Shown here in pieces: positions 50,141-64,000 of a stretch of 64,000 nt of DNA. The first letter of the stretch is position 1, and each line of letters starts with the position of its first letter. Made by a program: the position numbers and the translations under genes. The stretch comes from Mobula birostris (taxonomy: Eukaryota): contig NC_092379.1 of NCBI RefSeq assembly GCF_030028105.1, positions 1,847,164 through 1,911,163 of the forward strand, given 5' to 3'. The notes below the pieces were generated by a model. That model ran no database searches and was not told the origin of the DNA. It was given only the letters and a program-made list of their open reading frames with translations.

Positions 50141-52074
50141 GCAAACAGAAAGAAAGAGAAAGTTAACCAAAAAATGGAAGATTTTATTTTGAGTCCTGCA
50201 GTCTACAAGGTCAACCAACTTCAACCTATCAGGCCCATTTCATTTGTTCCACCCACCCCTTCCAGCACATTCTAATAACAACTTGTTTTGTCTCTAATCT
50301 GAAACAGTAACTGTTTTCTCTCCACGGATGCTGCCTGACCTGCCGAGTGTTTCCAGCACTTCCTGCTTTTATTTCAGATAGTCAGCATCTGCTGGTCTAT
50401 TATTTACAATTTATCCGTCGCCTCTCTCACTTGTACAATTACATTCAGCTCTGAAAAGCCATGGTGCAGAGCGGCAACTTATAGCTCGCCATCTCTGTTC
50501 GTCTGTAGTAGCTTTACACCACAGTTTCTGTGTAACTCTGCCTACAACATTACTTTTGTTCATGTTGCCTGTACAGCAGACTCTCACCGTCCTACGTCCC
50601 TGTTGTGAGAGGTGGAAACGAGTAAGGCCGGACAACAGGGCTCTGGTGATGCTGTACAGGCCAATTCCCTGTACGGTGGATACAATGGATTGCAGAAACA
50701 TTCGTGAACTCCAACCACACCACGGACTTCGGCTGATGAAGACAAGAGGTCATCACAGGCCTATGCTCCACTGGGAGCTAAGGACCCAAGAAGGAGGAGA
50801 CGAAGCCAGTACAGCAGGCTCTCAATTTCATCCCGGTGTTGGAAACTAGTCGGCATTCATCAGGCAAGGGCATTAACCTGATAGTGACTCATCAGGTATC
50901 ACCTAGCAATCCGCTGGTTTAAACAACCGTGGGCTAAATCTCTTCCCCAAAGCTGCTCCACAGTGAGGTCTGCTGGTACTAACGCTCATTACGGGAAAAA
51001 GAGAACTGTCTTCCCCTGTGTGGGCTGGAAGATGTGGCCAAGTGCAAATCAGTCCTTTTCTATTAACGCAGTGGACCAAAAAATGGGATAGAATTATTCT
51101 ATACATAACACTCTAAATCAGGGATTCCCAACCCCTGGGGTCATAGAATCATAGAGTTATAGACAAGTACAACACAGAGAAGGCCTTTTGGCCCATCTAG
51201 TCTGTGCCAAACCATTTAAACCACCCACACCCATCAACCTGCACTCGGACCATAGCTCTCCATACCCCCCTCCCATCCATGTACTTATCCAAACTTCTCT
51301 TTAACGTTGAAATCAAGCCCACGTGCACCTGTGCTGGCAGCACGTTCCACCCTCTCTCGACCCTCTGAGTGAAGAATTTCCTCTCATGCTCCCTTAAACT
51401 TTTTCACCTTTCACCCTATAACCCATGACCTCTGGTTGTAGTCACACTTAACCCATGACCTCAGATTGTAGTCCCACCCAACCTCAGTAGAAAAAGCCTG
51501 CTTGCAGTTGCTCTACTATACACCTCATTATTTTGTATACAGTACCTGTATCAAATCTTCTCTCAATCTTCTACATTCCAAGGGATAAAGTCCTAACCTA
51601 TTCAATCTTTTCCCATAACTCAGGTCCTCCAGACCTGGCAACACCCTTGTGAAATTTCTCTGTATTCCTACAACCTTATTTACATATTTCCTGCAGGTAG
51701 GTGACCAAATACAATTTCGATGGACCCCTCAGTTAATGGTAGGGGTTGATGGCGTAGTGAAGTTTGGGAGTACCTGATCTTGGTCCTGTCTGTTTGGCCA
51801 GTGACTGACAGGCTGTTGAACTATTTTATCTTCCATCCCAATCTCGATGGTGCTATCGTAACACTGGTAGAGTTTAGTAACGGGCATTTTTATTCTCCAC
51901 ATTCCCAGGGAGATTCATTTGCACTGGGCTGAATAGTGAATGTTGACGTACTTTGTCCCCAGTTCTGGTTGGACAGTGACTGCAATGTGATATTACTGGT
52001 AGCTAAGGGTGAAAGTAAACAAATAATATTGAAAAAAGATCTAGTGCTTTACTGGTGTATATGATGAATAAACT

Positions 52075-52151
52075 GTTCTCGGCCTTCCAGCCGGGTACAG
52101 GAATTGATTTTAGCCGAGGTTTCGGTGACAAATTCTGCCACCTTCATGAGG
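52075..52151 (-). mobile_element. Second Penelope-type terminal fragment with a degenerate hammerhead
   Basis: Minus CTCATGA-a-ggtggca-gaatt-tgtcacc-GAAA-cctc: 7-bp stem II, core mutated. Confidence 0.5.
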
Positions 52152-55100
52152 ATGCAGGTTGATGGGACGAGGCAGATTAATGGTTCAGCATGGACTAGAT
52201 GGGCCTAAGGGCCTGTTTCTGTGCCATAGTTATCCATCACTCTATGACTGAAGAAATTGCTCAAGATTTTTTAACTCCTTACAGTTGTCCCAGTTCTTAT
52301 CTGATGCATCTGTCTCTCTCGGGTTTGGTGGGATGGGAAGTAACTCACTAATACATCACAGAACGTAGACCACGGAAAAGTACAGCACAGGAACAGACAA
52401 TCGGGTCCATAGCGCTGTGCCGAACCAAGTAAAATTAGGCCAGATAGACTGGTTGGACAGGAAACCTGATACTGTTCTAGTACAACGAAGGAACTTCATG
52501 TATTGCACACTCTGATAATGGAAATGCCCTTTACCAGCACTCCTCCACTCCACAGGGTCTTTGCTTTCGTACTGTGACATTAGCGTGGTTTCCATGCACT
52601 ATCAATCCCTATCTTACAACATGTTACTAACGCACATTTTTGGAGAAATCGTGCAGGCCTATGGCTCATTGCTGGCCCTGCACAGACATGGAAAAGTTAT
52701 AACTGCAGGGAGTTCAGAAATTTATGATATTGTGAACAAACATGAGGGCAATCAGATATCTAACGCCCTTCAATCCTCTTCAGACACTGGCTGAATAGTG
52801 CGGCATATCACAGATTCACAAATAGACAGAGATGGAAATGGAAACACAGAGTGATGGAGATTATGGAGCTGTGTGAACTGTGGACACACATCCGAGCAAA
52901 GCAATATCCCTCCTGTTATATTCAAAGATGCGGACAATGCTGTCCATCCCTAATGTCCTGACAAGGGTACGGTAGTTTTGAGCTGCCTTTCTGAGGAACA
53001 GTTAAGGTGCTCAAATAGTGGTGGGGAGATGCAGGATTGTGACCCAATCACAATGATAATATTCCTAAATCAGGATACCGAGGGGTTGTATAGAACCACA
53101 GAACACTACAGCACAGAAACATATCCTTAGTCAGGATACCGAGGGGCTGTATCCTTCGTCAGGATACCGAGGGGGTGTATCCCTCATCAAGATGCTGAGA
53201 GATTGGCTTTATCTGCCACGTGTACATCAAAACATTGAAACATACAGTGAGATGTGTTGTTTGCATCAACAACTAACGTGCTTTGGAGCAGACCACAAGG
53301 GTTGCCATACATCCAGTGCCAACATAGCATGTCCTCAACGTACTAGGACTTGAAGGGCCTATTCTGTACTATTTCTCAATAAAAAATGAATAGAATTAAG
53401 AGACAGAAAGACAAAGTAAAAGAAAGTATAAAAATAAATGTGAAAAAAAATCTCCTGGTAAATGTATTGTCAGAAGGAGACCCAGTGTTTCAATGAATCG
53501 CCCTTCATAGGCCGGGAGTGGGGGAGTGGGGCTTGCAGAACTGTAATCTCACCCATCCTCCACCATAATTGTCTGCCTGAAGCCACAAATGCAGCGTTCT
53601 CTTCAACCGCTCATAGGCGTTTGACAGAGGCCTGGTAAATCCTGTAGGCAGCATGGCAGTTAGTGCAGCACCATTCCTCACCAGCGTGCTAGGTTCATTT
53701 CCCACCGTTGTACCTTCCTCCAACGTTCCAAGGACGTTGGGGTAGGGTTAGCAGATTAGGGTTATGGGAGCCCCCGGCACATCCTTGACCATTGACACAA
53801 ACAATACTCTTCACCGTATGTTTCAATGTACGTATGACACAAGGATAACGGGAGAGCAGTGTACATTGTTCAGAGTTACGGCTGAGACAGTCTCTCTCTC
53901 TCTCTCTCTCTCTCAGCACAGGCAGTGAACATGAGGGACGCATTAAACTTGTCGTATTCCCCGAGAACTGCACACCTCCCGTTATCATTCTGTGCAATTC
54001 GAAGGTTCCCTGACAGCCTCACTGCTCTCTCACAATCCCATAGTTGAAGCAAGAACAGGCTGTCTGCTTGTGGGAAGTGAAACAGACCCTCACATGACAT
54101 TTCTCATTGGATTTCTATGCAGTTTTCATAGAACATAGAGCAAGAGCAGGAACTTTGGCTCATGGTGTTGTGCCAAACTATTAAACTAGGAGTTAAATGC
54201 CTCATTAAACTGATCCCTTCTGCCTAGACAATGTCCACACTCCTCCATTTGCTGCGTGCTCACGTGTCTATCTAAACACAAGAAACTGTACATGCTGGAA
54301 ATCCGATCAAGTGCTGGAGGAACTCAGCAGGCCAGGCAGCATCTATGAAGGGGAGTAGGCAGTCGACATTTCAAGGTACCCTCCTGTTCAAAATGATGCC
54401 GTGAGATAACCTGCCCGGAGGGCTATGTAGGAGGGAAATGTTTGATTGATCTTAGAGTAGGTTAAAAGGTCATGGGCCAGAGGGCCTGTACTGTGGTGTA
54501 CAGTAGTTCTGTCCTCTAATAACCACATCTTAAAATGTTACTTCATTTTTCAGGATATGGGCACTGTTCACGAGACTGGCATTTTTCTGCCCATCCCTGC
54601 TTGTCCTTGAGAAGTTAGTTGGGAGTGCCTGTGCCTTTCAGCTGACTGCGGAGGAGGATCTGGAATTTCAGGCCAGGATGGCACGCAGTTTGGAAGGGAA
54701 CCCACGTCTTCTTTTCCTTGCTAGTGACAATAGATTGTGGGCTTGGCAGGTATCATTGGAGTAGCCACACATACTGCAGATATGGAACACCAGTGGTGTA
54801 GGGAGTTAACATTAAAAATGGTGGCTGGGACGCCAATCAAGTGGCTTGCTTTGTTCTAGATGATGTCAAGTTTCTTGAGCGTTGTTGGACTGTTGGGTTT
54901 GTTGTAGAGGAATGGTGCAGATGCCTCAAACTCAACTGAATTTTATTGACCACCCTGGCTCGTACCGTATGTGAACGACTCCCACATGGAATAAAACTAA
55001 CTGAGGAATAACACTACTAGCTACCACTACATTAACATCTGTACAAGTGGAGCGTATTACGTCAGATGCCAGACTTGTAGCCTGTAAGTGGTGAGGTGAG

Positions 55101-56131
55101 TCGGGATACCCAACCTTCAGACTGTCCTTGTAGCTATCTGTTGTTCCTCTCCGCGCCTTGTGGTGCATCAGGGGGTATCCTTGCTGGTTCCTTAGCAATT
55201 GTCTGTTTTTCTATGAGGCCGAGTTGTTAGCTCGACGGTCAACCCAGCACGGATGGAAAGTGTGCGAGGAGCCAGCCGGATCTGAACCTGGGATCTCTCG
55301 CCTCGAAGTCTGGTGCTGATGCCACTACACCACTGGCTGTAGCCAAAGTGTCCGTGTAGAGTTTCCAGTCAATGGTGATCCTTTGGGTGTTGACAGAAAC
55401 TGTCTCACCCTTTTGGGGAGGGAATTACGCAAAGAGTGATGGGTGCCTGGAATGCAATGCTGGGACTGTTGGTGGAGGCCGATACAATAGGACAATGTTA
55501 AGAGACTCTTAGATTGGTACATGAATGAAAGAAAACTGGGGGGTAGGAGGGAAGGGTTCGAATGCTCTTGGAGTGGGTTGGAAGGTCGACACAACAGTAC
55601 AGCACTGCGCTGTTCTACGCTCTAATATAACTTTACATCATTGTCCAAGCCCTGTGGGTGTGCTGCTTCAGTCAGTCCAGGGATGTGGGGTTCACAGGCT
55701 GAGTCTTTGTGACCTGTTGCAGCCCTTGAGGTGCGGGCACTGTTGGAGGGCAAGTTCCAGGACACTGGTGAAGGGATAGCGATGTATCTGCAAGTCAGGG
55801 TGGCGTGTAGCTTGGCAGACAAATTCCAGCTGGGCAAAAGCCCCCGTGTTTTTTCAGCCCTCGCCGTTCCAGCTGGTAGAGGTCATGGATTTGGTGCTGA
55901 GGAGTTGCGAACGGCATTGAACACTGTCTAGTAATCAGTGAACGTCCCCACGTCTCACCTTGTGGTGCACAGAAGATGATTGATGACTGATGACGGTAGA
56001 TGGGCCTAGATCTTGAGACTGGGAAAGCCCCCAACAATCACAACCATTTCCCTTTGTCAGAAGACTGACTCCACCCATTGGAGTGTTTTCCCTCAATGGC
56101 AACGGCTTTACTAGTACTCCTCGATGATGCA

Positions 56132-56372
56132 TGTTGTGTACTTGGTATTTCAGTAATATTTGAGTAATATATTATTTGATTAAGCATTCTTTGTTTGTTT
56201 AAATAATTCATTACAGGCTATATGTAAAAGTACATGAATGGCATACGTCATTAGACCACCATGTCATAAGTGTGTGCCTTGCTAAAGTAAAAAACAAAAC
56301 TAAGATACATTCTCCTGTGCTCTCCCACGTTCTTGCAATAAGATTTATGTTTTGGAGTTATAAAGCATAACA
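56132..56372 (+). mobile_element. Solo LTR (about 241 bp)
   Basis: TGTT...AACA termini; 5-bp TSD atgca/ctgca with one mismatch. Confidence 0.65.
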
Positions 56373-59300
56373 CTGCACCATTTCGTGTTGTCTTGGTATG
56401 GAGGGCAGTCACTCTCTCTTTACCACTGAATATGAGCTCCCTGGTCTGTGTTTGGACTCAAGCTGTGACGAAGCCCAAAGGTCAAATCGGAAGTCCAGAT
56501 GTTAAGGCCTGTTGGCCACAGGTGAGCCTGCAAACTTCCATGGGTTGCCTGAAGAGATCAGACCACTGTATCTGCAGGCCTGAGTCTGTGTTTGGTGATC
56601 AACGTGTCCTGGGGTTGAAGGCAAGGATTGAGGCCCGAGTGCGAATCGGAAGCCTGGAAGTCTAGGCCCATTGGCTGGAGACAAGTCTGCGAATCACTGC
56701 AAGTCTGCTGGGGAGGTCAGACCCTGGTGTCTGCAGTGCAGGACCTCAACCGTGTCCAGAGTTTGAGGCCTAGTTTTTGGTGATCGACGTGTCCTGTGGT
56801 CCATGCTGAGGGTGGAGGCCTGGTGGTTGAACCAGAGGCCTGAGAGTCAAATCAGAAATCTGGGTGATGAGGCCCATTGGCTGGAGGCAAATCAGCGAAC
56901 CTCTGAGCCCGCTGGGGAGATTGGAGCCCGGTGTCTGCATATCTTAGTCTGTGTCTGCTGGAAGTTTGGTGTGAGGATAGAGAGTCTGTATGTGTGTAAA
57001 AGGAAGGGAGGAACGGAGCTTGGTCTTGCTATTGATGTTTCCTGCTTGTTGTGTTCTGTGTTGTTCTGCTGAGCATTGTGGGTATGTTATGTTGGCGCTG
57101 GAGTGGGTGACCACACACAGCCCAGCGCACCCTCAGGTCTGTTGTTCTACACATTCTGCTGTATGTTTCAATGTCACATGATAAACAAACCTGAATCTTG
57201 TTTCTTGGTGAAATGCAAACTGGGTATTGTGACCAGGCCATTGAAAAGCATGTGCTGCACGTTAGCACCGTCAATGGCACCTTGCTGCTGGTTGAGAGAA
57301 CACCGGTTGATCAGAAATTAGCCAAGCTGGATTTGTCCAGAGTTTTGTGGATGAGACATACCTGGCAAATTGTCTCTTTGAGATATAGCTGCCCTGAAGA
57401 AGTTTAAATCTTCTCTTTGATGGGAGTTCAGTGAAACTCTCTCTCACTGCTCCCCCTCTGTGATCGCTGGGGCTTCGCTTCTCTTCGACCATGTACCTGC
57501 CCAGACTGGCTACCACAGCCACGTGTCCTTCCTGGGAACCTGACAACCCTCCTCCTTCCCTTTGTCCCAGCTTCCTTCTTCTTCAGCCCTTTACCTTATC
57601 CACCTATCACCTCCCAGTGCCTCACTTCATCCTCACTCCCTCCACCACCCAGCTTTCTCCTCACCTGGTCTCACCTACCACCCACCAGCTTTTACTCTTC
57701 GTCCTCCACCCACTACCTTATTCTGGCTTTTATCTCCCTTCCTTTCCGGTCCTGATGAAGGGTTTTGGCCCAAAACATCGACTGTTTATTCCCCTCCATA
57801 GATGGTGCTTCCAGCAATTTTTGTGTGTGTTTAAATGTTCTGTGTTATCGGGTTGTTGTTAGTCTTGTAGCTGGAGTGGAACAGCTTGGCAGTGCACGTC
57901 TTCAGGACCACAAGCAGGATGTTGTCTGGTTTCGAAGCCTCGACTGTGCCCAGCGCTCTTGGCTGTTCCTTGGTGTAAAATGGACAATTAAATTTGCTGA
58001 AAGCCAGCCTCTGTGATGGTGGAGGAGTCAAAATCTGTTCACAATTTCAGGCCAAACATGGCTTCGCGTTCATCTCTGAGATGCAGGTTCGGGTCCTCAT
58101 TGAGGAGCGGGAAGTTCTGAGAGCCTCTTCTCTTGTCAGCTGCTTAATGGCCACCACCATTCTTGATCAGTTTTGATTTGCTAGTACTGAGACTGCTTGA
58201 CCCTGTAGCTTCACCCTTCTGCAATCCTGTCACCTGGTCCTCGCCATACTTTAAGGTGAGCCTGGGGAGGACGCAACATGTTCCTGTACTATACCGTTCT
58301 GTTCTATGCACCCGTCTCCTCATCAACCAGCACTACCCTGACTGGCACAATCACACTGTGGTTGTCAGACACACAAAGGTTTGCTATCATGCCAGGAGCC
58401 AGTTGGCTGTCACATCTCCTACATGACAACACAGTTACATTCCAAGAGTACCTCATCGCTTGAAAAGTGCTTCAACGTATCCTGAAATGGTGAAAAGCAC
58501 AGGTAAATGTAAGATTTATTTTCTTATAGGAGCTGGTTGCCGGGCAACAGGTAGAAACCACACCAATACGAACACACTAAAAAAGAGCAAGTTCATGGAC
58601 TTTAAGCTCCCAGGCATGTCATATTTGAAAGGAACATAGTCACGGATAAATATACAGGCCCATTCAAAAGATTCTGCTATTGTGTACTCTATACCTTGGC
58701 AGGAGCACATAATCAGCCAACTTTTACATTTGTGTCCAGATCTTACCTCACACATCTCCTTTCCATGGCTTTCCCTTCTCGAATGAGCCATCTACCCTTC
58801 TCATTCCTAGCTTTCTCAACCCTTCGGAACTGGCCTTTAAAAATGGCTGACGTTTCTATAGTCTGGTGGATGGTTAAATTCTTTGCTACAACGCTAATCA
58901 CCTTTGAACATCTTGGGAGACACCAAATGCACTTTGAGCTGTTTCCTTACCAAGTGCTTGCCCTGATACGGCAAGGAGAACATCTTGAATGTAGCTGGCA
59001 CCACTTTGCTCAGTGTAAGGAAGCTTGTAAGCTTGTTGTTGGTGATCTTACTTCTGTGAGAATGGTATCCTGAGCAGGCAACTTGCCTCCCTGATTAACA
59101 GTTGTCACAGAATTAATTACCAGAACCCTTTGCAATGCCAACACCACACTCTTAAGGTTGCTTCAACCCCATTGATGCTAACAAATATTTATTAAAATTC
59201 TGCTCAAATCTGTTAATAGATTTCCTCCTCCCTTTTGAGTGTAGCATGCTTCAGCCCTAGAACCCTCTGAGGTCTTTACTCGGGCACTTCACTAATCTTA

Positions 59301-59873
59301 TTTTCTGTCATTGATAGCCTTTCCATCAGCTGAGAAGGTCTAGATCACTATTACTCCTTCAAGCCCTTTTGCATCTACACGTCTCTCTTGTTCTGAGGTC
59401 CTGCTTAGGACTCCTTGAGCAACCTTTGGATCACCAGAACACAGTGAACTGCTCAGGGCTGTCACCCTTCGTCAGACCTGTTTCCCCATCCGCAGACGCT
59501 ACCCGACCTGCTGAATCTCACTGTTTTTAAACCAAATTTCCAGCATTTCTTATGACTTTAGATTTTGGCCCTAGCTTCAGAGTCGTATTTAGTGGCACTG
59601 AGCACTTGTGATTAGGCTTGGCACCTTGCATAGGTGATAAATAACAAGGTTGTTTTAGTCTTTCCCCTTTCAGATCCAGAGTGACAAGTTGCTCGTTCCC
59701 AGCTCCTTTGCATCTCGGTGGAAATTGGGAATTAATTTCTCAGGGAATGAAAAAACGGGCATATTTGCAGACTGCTTCTCAAAGTGTGATTGGTGTATGA
59801 GTCTGTCAGTAGCTAGATCAGCAAGCAGCATGCAGGCAGGCAGGCGGCCTCTGGGACCGACAGTTGGCACCTA

Positions 59874-60158
<285 letters not shown>

Positions 60159-60163
60159 TCAGA

Positions 60164-60567
60164 GCAGGGGTTCCCAACTCCTTTCATGCCATGGACCTCT
60201 ACCATTAACTGAGGGGTCTGTGGACCCTGGGTTAGGAACCACTGCTTTGGAAACACCACAATCAGTATGAGACTCTCTCATCCCTCTGAAGAAACAGGCT
60301 TGAGTGAAGGAAAAGAAAAGAGACAGACAAAAAAAAAACAAGCAGGACATAGACACAAGATAATTTCAACTTAACAGACCCTAAATCGGCCTCAGAAGTC
60401 CCTTTAGGATCCAGTGGTCGAGGGATAAACAGTAAACTGCTAACACTGTGCTGGATGTCTGGGCTCGTCAGAGATGTTAGCTCTAGATCAGGGGTTCCCA
60501 ACCTTCTTTATGCCATGAAGCCCAACCACTAACTGAGGGGGGCGTGAAACCCAGGTTGGAACCCCTG
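60164..60567. mobile_element. Two ~80-bp hAT/Charlie-type MITEs (60164-60244 and 60489-60567)
   Basis: CAGGGGTTCCCAAC terminal inverted repeats and CTCTAGAT-type target site; further copies at 29333-29390 and 51119-51776. Confidence 0.75.
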
Positions 60568-61189
60568 TCCTACTGGTTTCAGTAGAAACCAAAGTCAGTT
60601 TCAGAGAACAAATTCTTTTATTTGGACCCATGAACATGCTTTAACTCCAAGTTTAGTTTAAAAAAAACAATGTTCAAGTACTTAATTCCATGGTCAAACT
60701 AGCCCACGGTGAGGTGAGGAGTTTTATAAATTTGATGCGACTTGGCTAACCTGAATCCATACCTGCTGGGAGACTCGCTTGCTAGTCTGAGTCGGACTAA
60801 AGGCCTTTCAGTAAAACATTAAGCCCCTCATTTTCACCCAACATGTAACTCAGGTGTGTCCCTGCCCCACCCACATTAACAAGCAGATACAGTTCATTCC
60901 TAACAGGGGATTTTCAATTCCATCTTAACAATGCATATCTCAAATTGGTTTCTGTCTGTGGAGAACTAAAACCACCAGAAAGAAAAGCAATAGAGAACTT
61001 GGGAAAAACCTGAAGTGGCTAGAATGTATGTTTTGGTCCAACAGAGATGTTGACGTAAATGGCATGGAGGCTTTTAAGAGGAAGCTGGGAAAACATAGGG
61101 CAAAGGAATAGCAAGAAGGTTAGATGAAAAGGTTTGGAAGGGGGAGCGTAACACTAATGGCAGGGTGTGACTGGCCAAAACACTGACGC

Positions 61190-62562
61190 CATGGCCTATC
61201 TCACCATAACACTGATGGTATGGTCTAACTGACTATAACACTAATGACATGGTAACTGACAGTAACACTAACAATGCGGTCTAACTGACCTTAACACTAA
61301 TGACATGGTAACTGACAGTAACACTAACAATGCGGTCTAACTGACCTTAACACTAATGACATGGTCAAACTGCCATTAACATTAATGACATGCTCTAATT
61401 GACCATAACAATAATGGAATGGTGTAACTTACGATAACACAAACACGCTGGTCCAACTGACCACAACACTGACAGCACCGTCCAACTGACCACAACACTG
61501 ACAGTACAGTCCAACTGAACATAATGCTGACAGTACGATCCAACTGACCATAACGCTGACGGCACGGTCCGACTGACCATAACACTGACAACAGGGTCTA
61601 ACAGACTGAAACATTAATGACACGGTCTAACTGATAATAACACTAACTAAACTGTCTAACTGATGGTAACACTATGACATGGTCTAACTGACCGTAACAC
61701 TAATGAAACGTTCTAACTGACGATAAAACTATGACAGGATCTAACTGACCATAACACTAATGACACAGTCTAACTGACCGTAACACAAACGATGCAAGGA
61801 TGATTCCAGGAATGAAAGGGTTACCATACGAGGAACGTTTGATGGCTCTGGGTCTGTACTCACTGGAATTCAGAAGGATGAGAGCGGATCTCATTGAAAC
61901 CTTTTGAATGTTGAAAGGCCTAGACAGGGTAGATGTGGAAAGGATGTTTCCCATGGTGGGAGAGTCTAGGACAAGAGGGCACAGCCTCAGGATAGAGGGG
62001 CACCCTTTCAAAACAGAGACGTGGAGAAATTTCTTTAGCCAAAGGGTGGTGAATTTGTGGAATTTGTTGCCACATGCAGCTGTGGAGGCCAAGTCATTTG
62101 GTGTATTTAAGGCAGAAATTGATAGGTTCTTGATTGGACATGGCATCAAAGGTTACAGGGAGAAGGCCAGGAACTGGGGTTGAGGAGGAGATTTTAAAAA
62201 AAGGATCAATCATGATTGAATGGGGGAGCAGACTCGATGGGCCAAAAGGCCTAATTCTGCTCCTGTGTCTTACGGTCTCATAGACACGGTCTAACTGACC
62301 ATAATACTAGCAGCACAGTCTGACTGATTGTAACACTAGCAGCATGGTCTAACTGACTGTAACAGAAGTGTCATGGTCTAACTGAACATAGCACTAAGGA
62401 CACAGTCTAAATGACCCCAGCACAAACAACACAATGGCATGGTCTAGGTGACCATAACACATAAGACACGGTCTAACTGTCCATAACGCCAATGACGTGG
62501 TCAAACTGACCGTAACACCAATGACACAGTCTAACTGACCATAACACTAACAACATGGTCTA
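61190..62562. repeat. 29-bp minisatellite split by a CR1 insertion
   Basis: Unit aactgaccataacactaatgacacggtct at about 61190-61790 and 62283-62562. Confidence 0.93.
61790..62282 (+). mobile_element. Young CR1 LINE 3' fragment
   Basis: ORF 61908-62183 (LKGLDRVDVERMFPMVGESRTRGHSLRI...FFSQRVVNLWNLLP) plus 3' UTR. Confidence 0.92.
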
Positions 62563-64000
62563 GCAGAGCCAAGTGGGCGGTTTACAGTACTTTTCAGTAT
62601 AGCACAGATTGATACCTGGGAGCGAGAGCAAAATCCGAACCGATATTTGGCCAACTTAAGTGCTGAGCCGGGTTGAAAAGAACAATGCTTTAGTGCTGAG
62701 GGCGAAGGTGAACTGATGTTCAGCTTACTACTCCCGGAGGTTTCGTCGCCTCAACGCTGAACTGACTCTGGAGCTGTGGCCGGCAACCATCAGCACCATT
62801 CTCAGCCCTGAACTGCTCTGTGGCTGTGGCCTGTAGCCATCGGGCTCCCTCACCGGCTTCATTCTCCTCAGCCCTGAACTGCTGTGTGGCTGTGGACTTC
62901 TTTCGGGGACTCTGCCATTATCATTCTGTGTGTAATTTGCTGATTTTTTGTTGTTTGCACAATTTGTTCTTTTCTTTGCACATCTGATGTTTGTCTGTTT
63001 TTGTTTGTGTGGGATTTTTAATGTGTTCTGTTGTGTTTGTTTTGTACCTACGAGAAGTCGAACCTCAGGGTGAATACAGTATTGATTTTGGAAGTAAATG
63101 TACTTTGAACTTTGAACTGTTTGAAAAGAGCCACTGGCTGGTGGTTGAATTAGCGATCACTGCTCAGTGGGTTTTGACGGGTCAAAGAGGAAGACGTTTC
63201 AAACTGATAATCAGCTTCTGCAACTTTACATTAAAGCTGTAATGGAGGATTATTCATTTAATAAATGCCCTGCAGAACTGTAGTGATATTTATGTATACC
63301 TGATAGATCCATGCTGTATGAAGTAAACTCTTCTCTCCACTGTGTTTATCTTATTACGATGAACATTCAGTTACGCTGGCTGGCTGAACATGTCAATATT
63401 AAATCTTACACGAGATGAGTGTGGGCAGAATGGCTGATATTTAAGATGACCTGTGTGTACTGAGTTCATTTCAATATCAAGGGGATGCCAATCACTACAT
63501 TTCAACTTGATGCTTATATCCGGTAGTGGGTGGGCTAAGGTAAATCAGAGCCTATTTCACCCAGGAGTTGTCTGTGGGACGCTTGGTTCTGGACTGTGCT
63601 TTTCAGGAGAGTTCCTCCTGGTGGTCTGCCCCGTAAAAGCATTGAGCCAACCGGCCTATGTTATTCTACAGTACTGAGAGTGTGTGGGCCTCATCACTCA
63701 ACTGTTCCTATAACCTATGGAATCACTTGTAATGACTCTTCATCACCCAGGACCTCTTCTCTTTGCTACCATCAAGGAGGAGGTACAGGAGCCTGAAGAC
63801 ACACACTCAATGTTTCAGGAACAGCTCCTTCCCCTCTGTCATCAGATTTCTGAATGGACACTGAACCCATCAACACTACCTAGAAACCATAGAAAACTAC
63901 AGCACAGAAACAGGCCTTTTGGCCCTTCTTGGCTGTGCAGAACCATTTTCTGCCTAGTCCCACTGACCTGCACACGGACCATATCCCTCCATACACCTCC

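Noticed and set aside
62789-62810. REST/RE1-like TCAGCACCA
   Set aside because: The GGACAG half-site is absent and the match is within a repeat.

Overview
Repeat-dense vertebrate genomic DNA, most likely a cartilaginous fish (batoid ray). This is inferred from the SNAP-25 sequence, which matches Torpedo SNAP-25 as I recall it, and from the elasmobranch-type repeat families. Two protein-coding genes are well supported and face each other tail to tail. (1) A complete 4-exon COX7A gene on + (CDS 33-47, 9139-9228, 13323-13407, 17973-18031; 82 aa; most like COX7A1). (2) The last four coding exons of a SNAP25-family gene on - (59992-59875, 47677-47543, 44745-44601, 41782-41723); its 5' exons lie beyond the right edge. 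The rest is mostly CR1 and Rex1/Babar LINE fragments, V-SINEs, Penelope-derived elements carrying hammerhead ribozyme motifs, solo LTRs, Tc1/mariner and hAT MITEs, three minisatellites and three assembly gaps. Most interesting: the SNAP25-like gene mixes SNAP25 and SNAP23 features and sits next to COX7A1, so it may be a third whole-genome-duplication paralog lost in mammals. Penelope-derived inverted insertions with TSDs recur three times, one with an intact minimal hammerhead. A possible unannotated small spliced gene lies between the two genes. Repeat boundaries were read by eye and are approximate unless a TSD is given.
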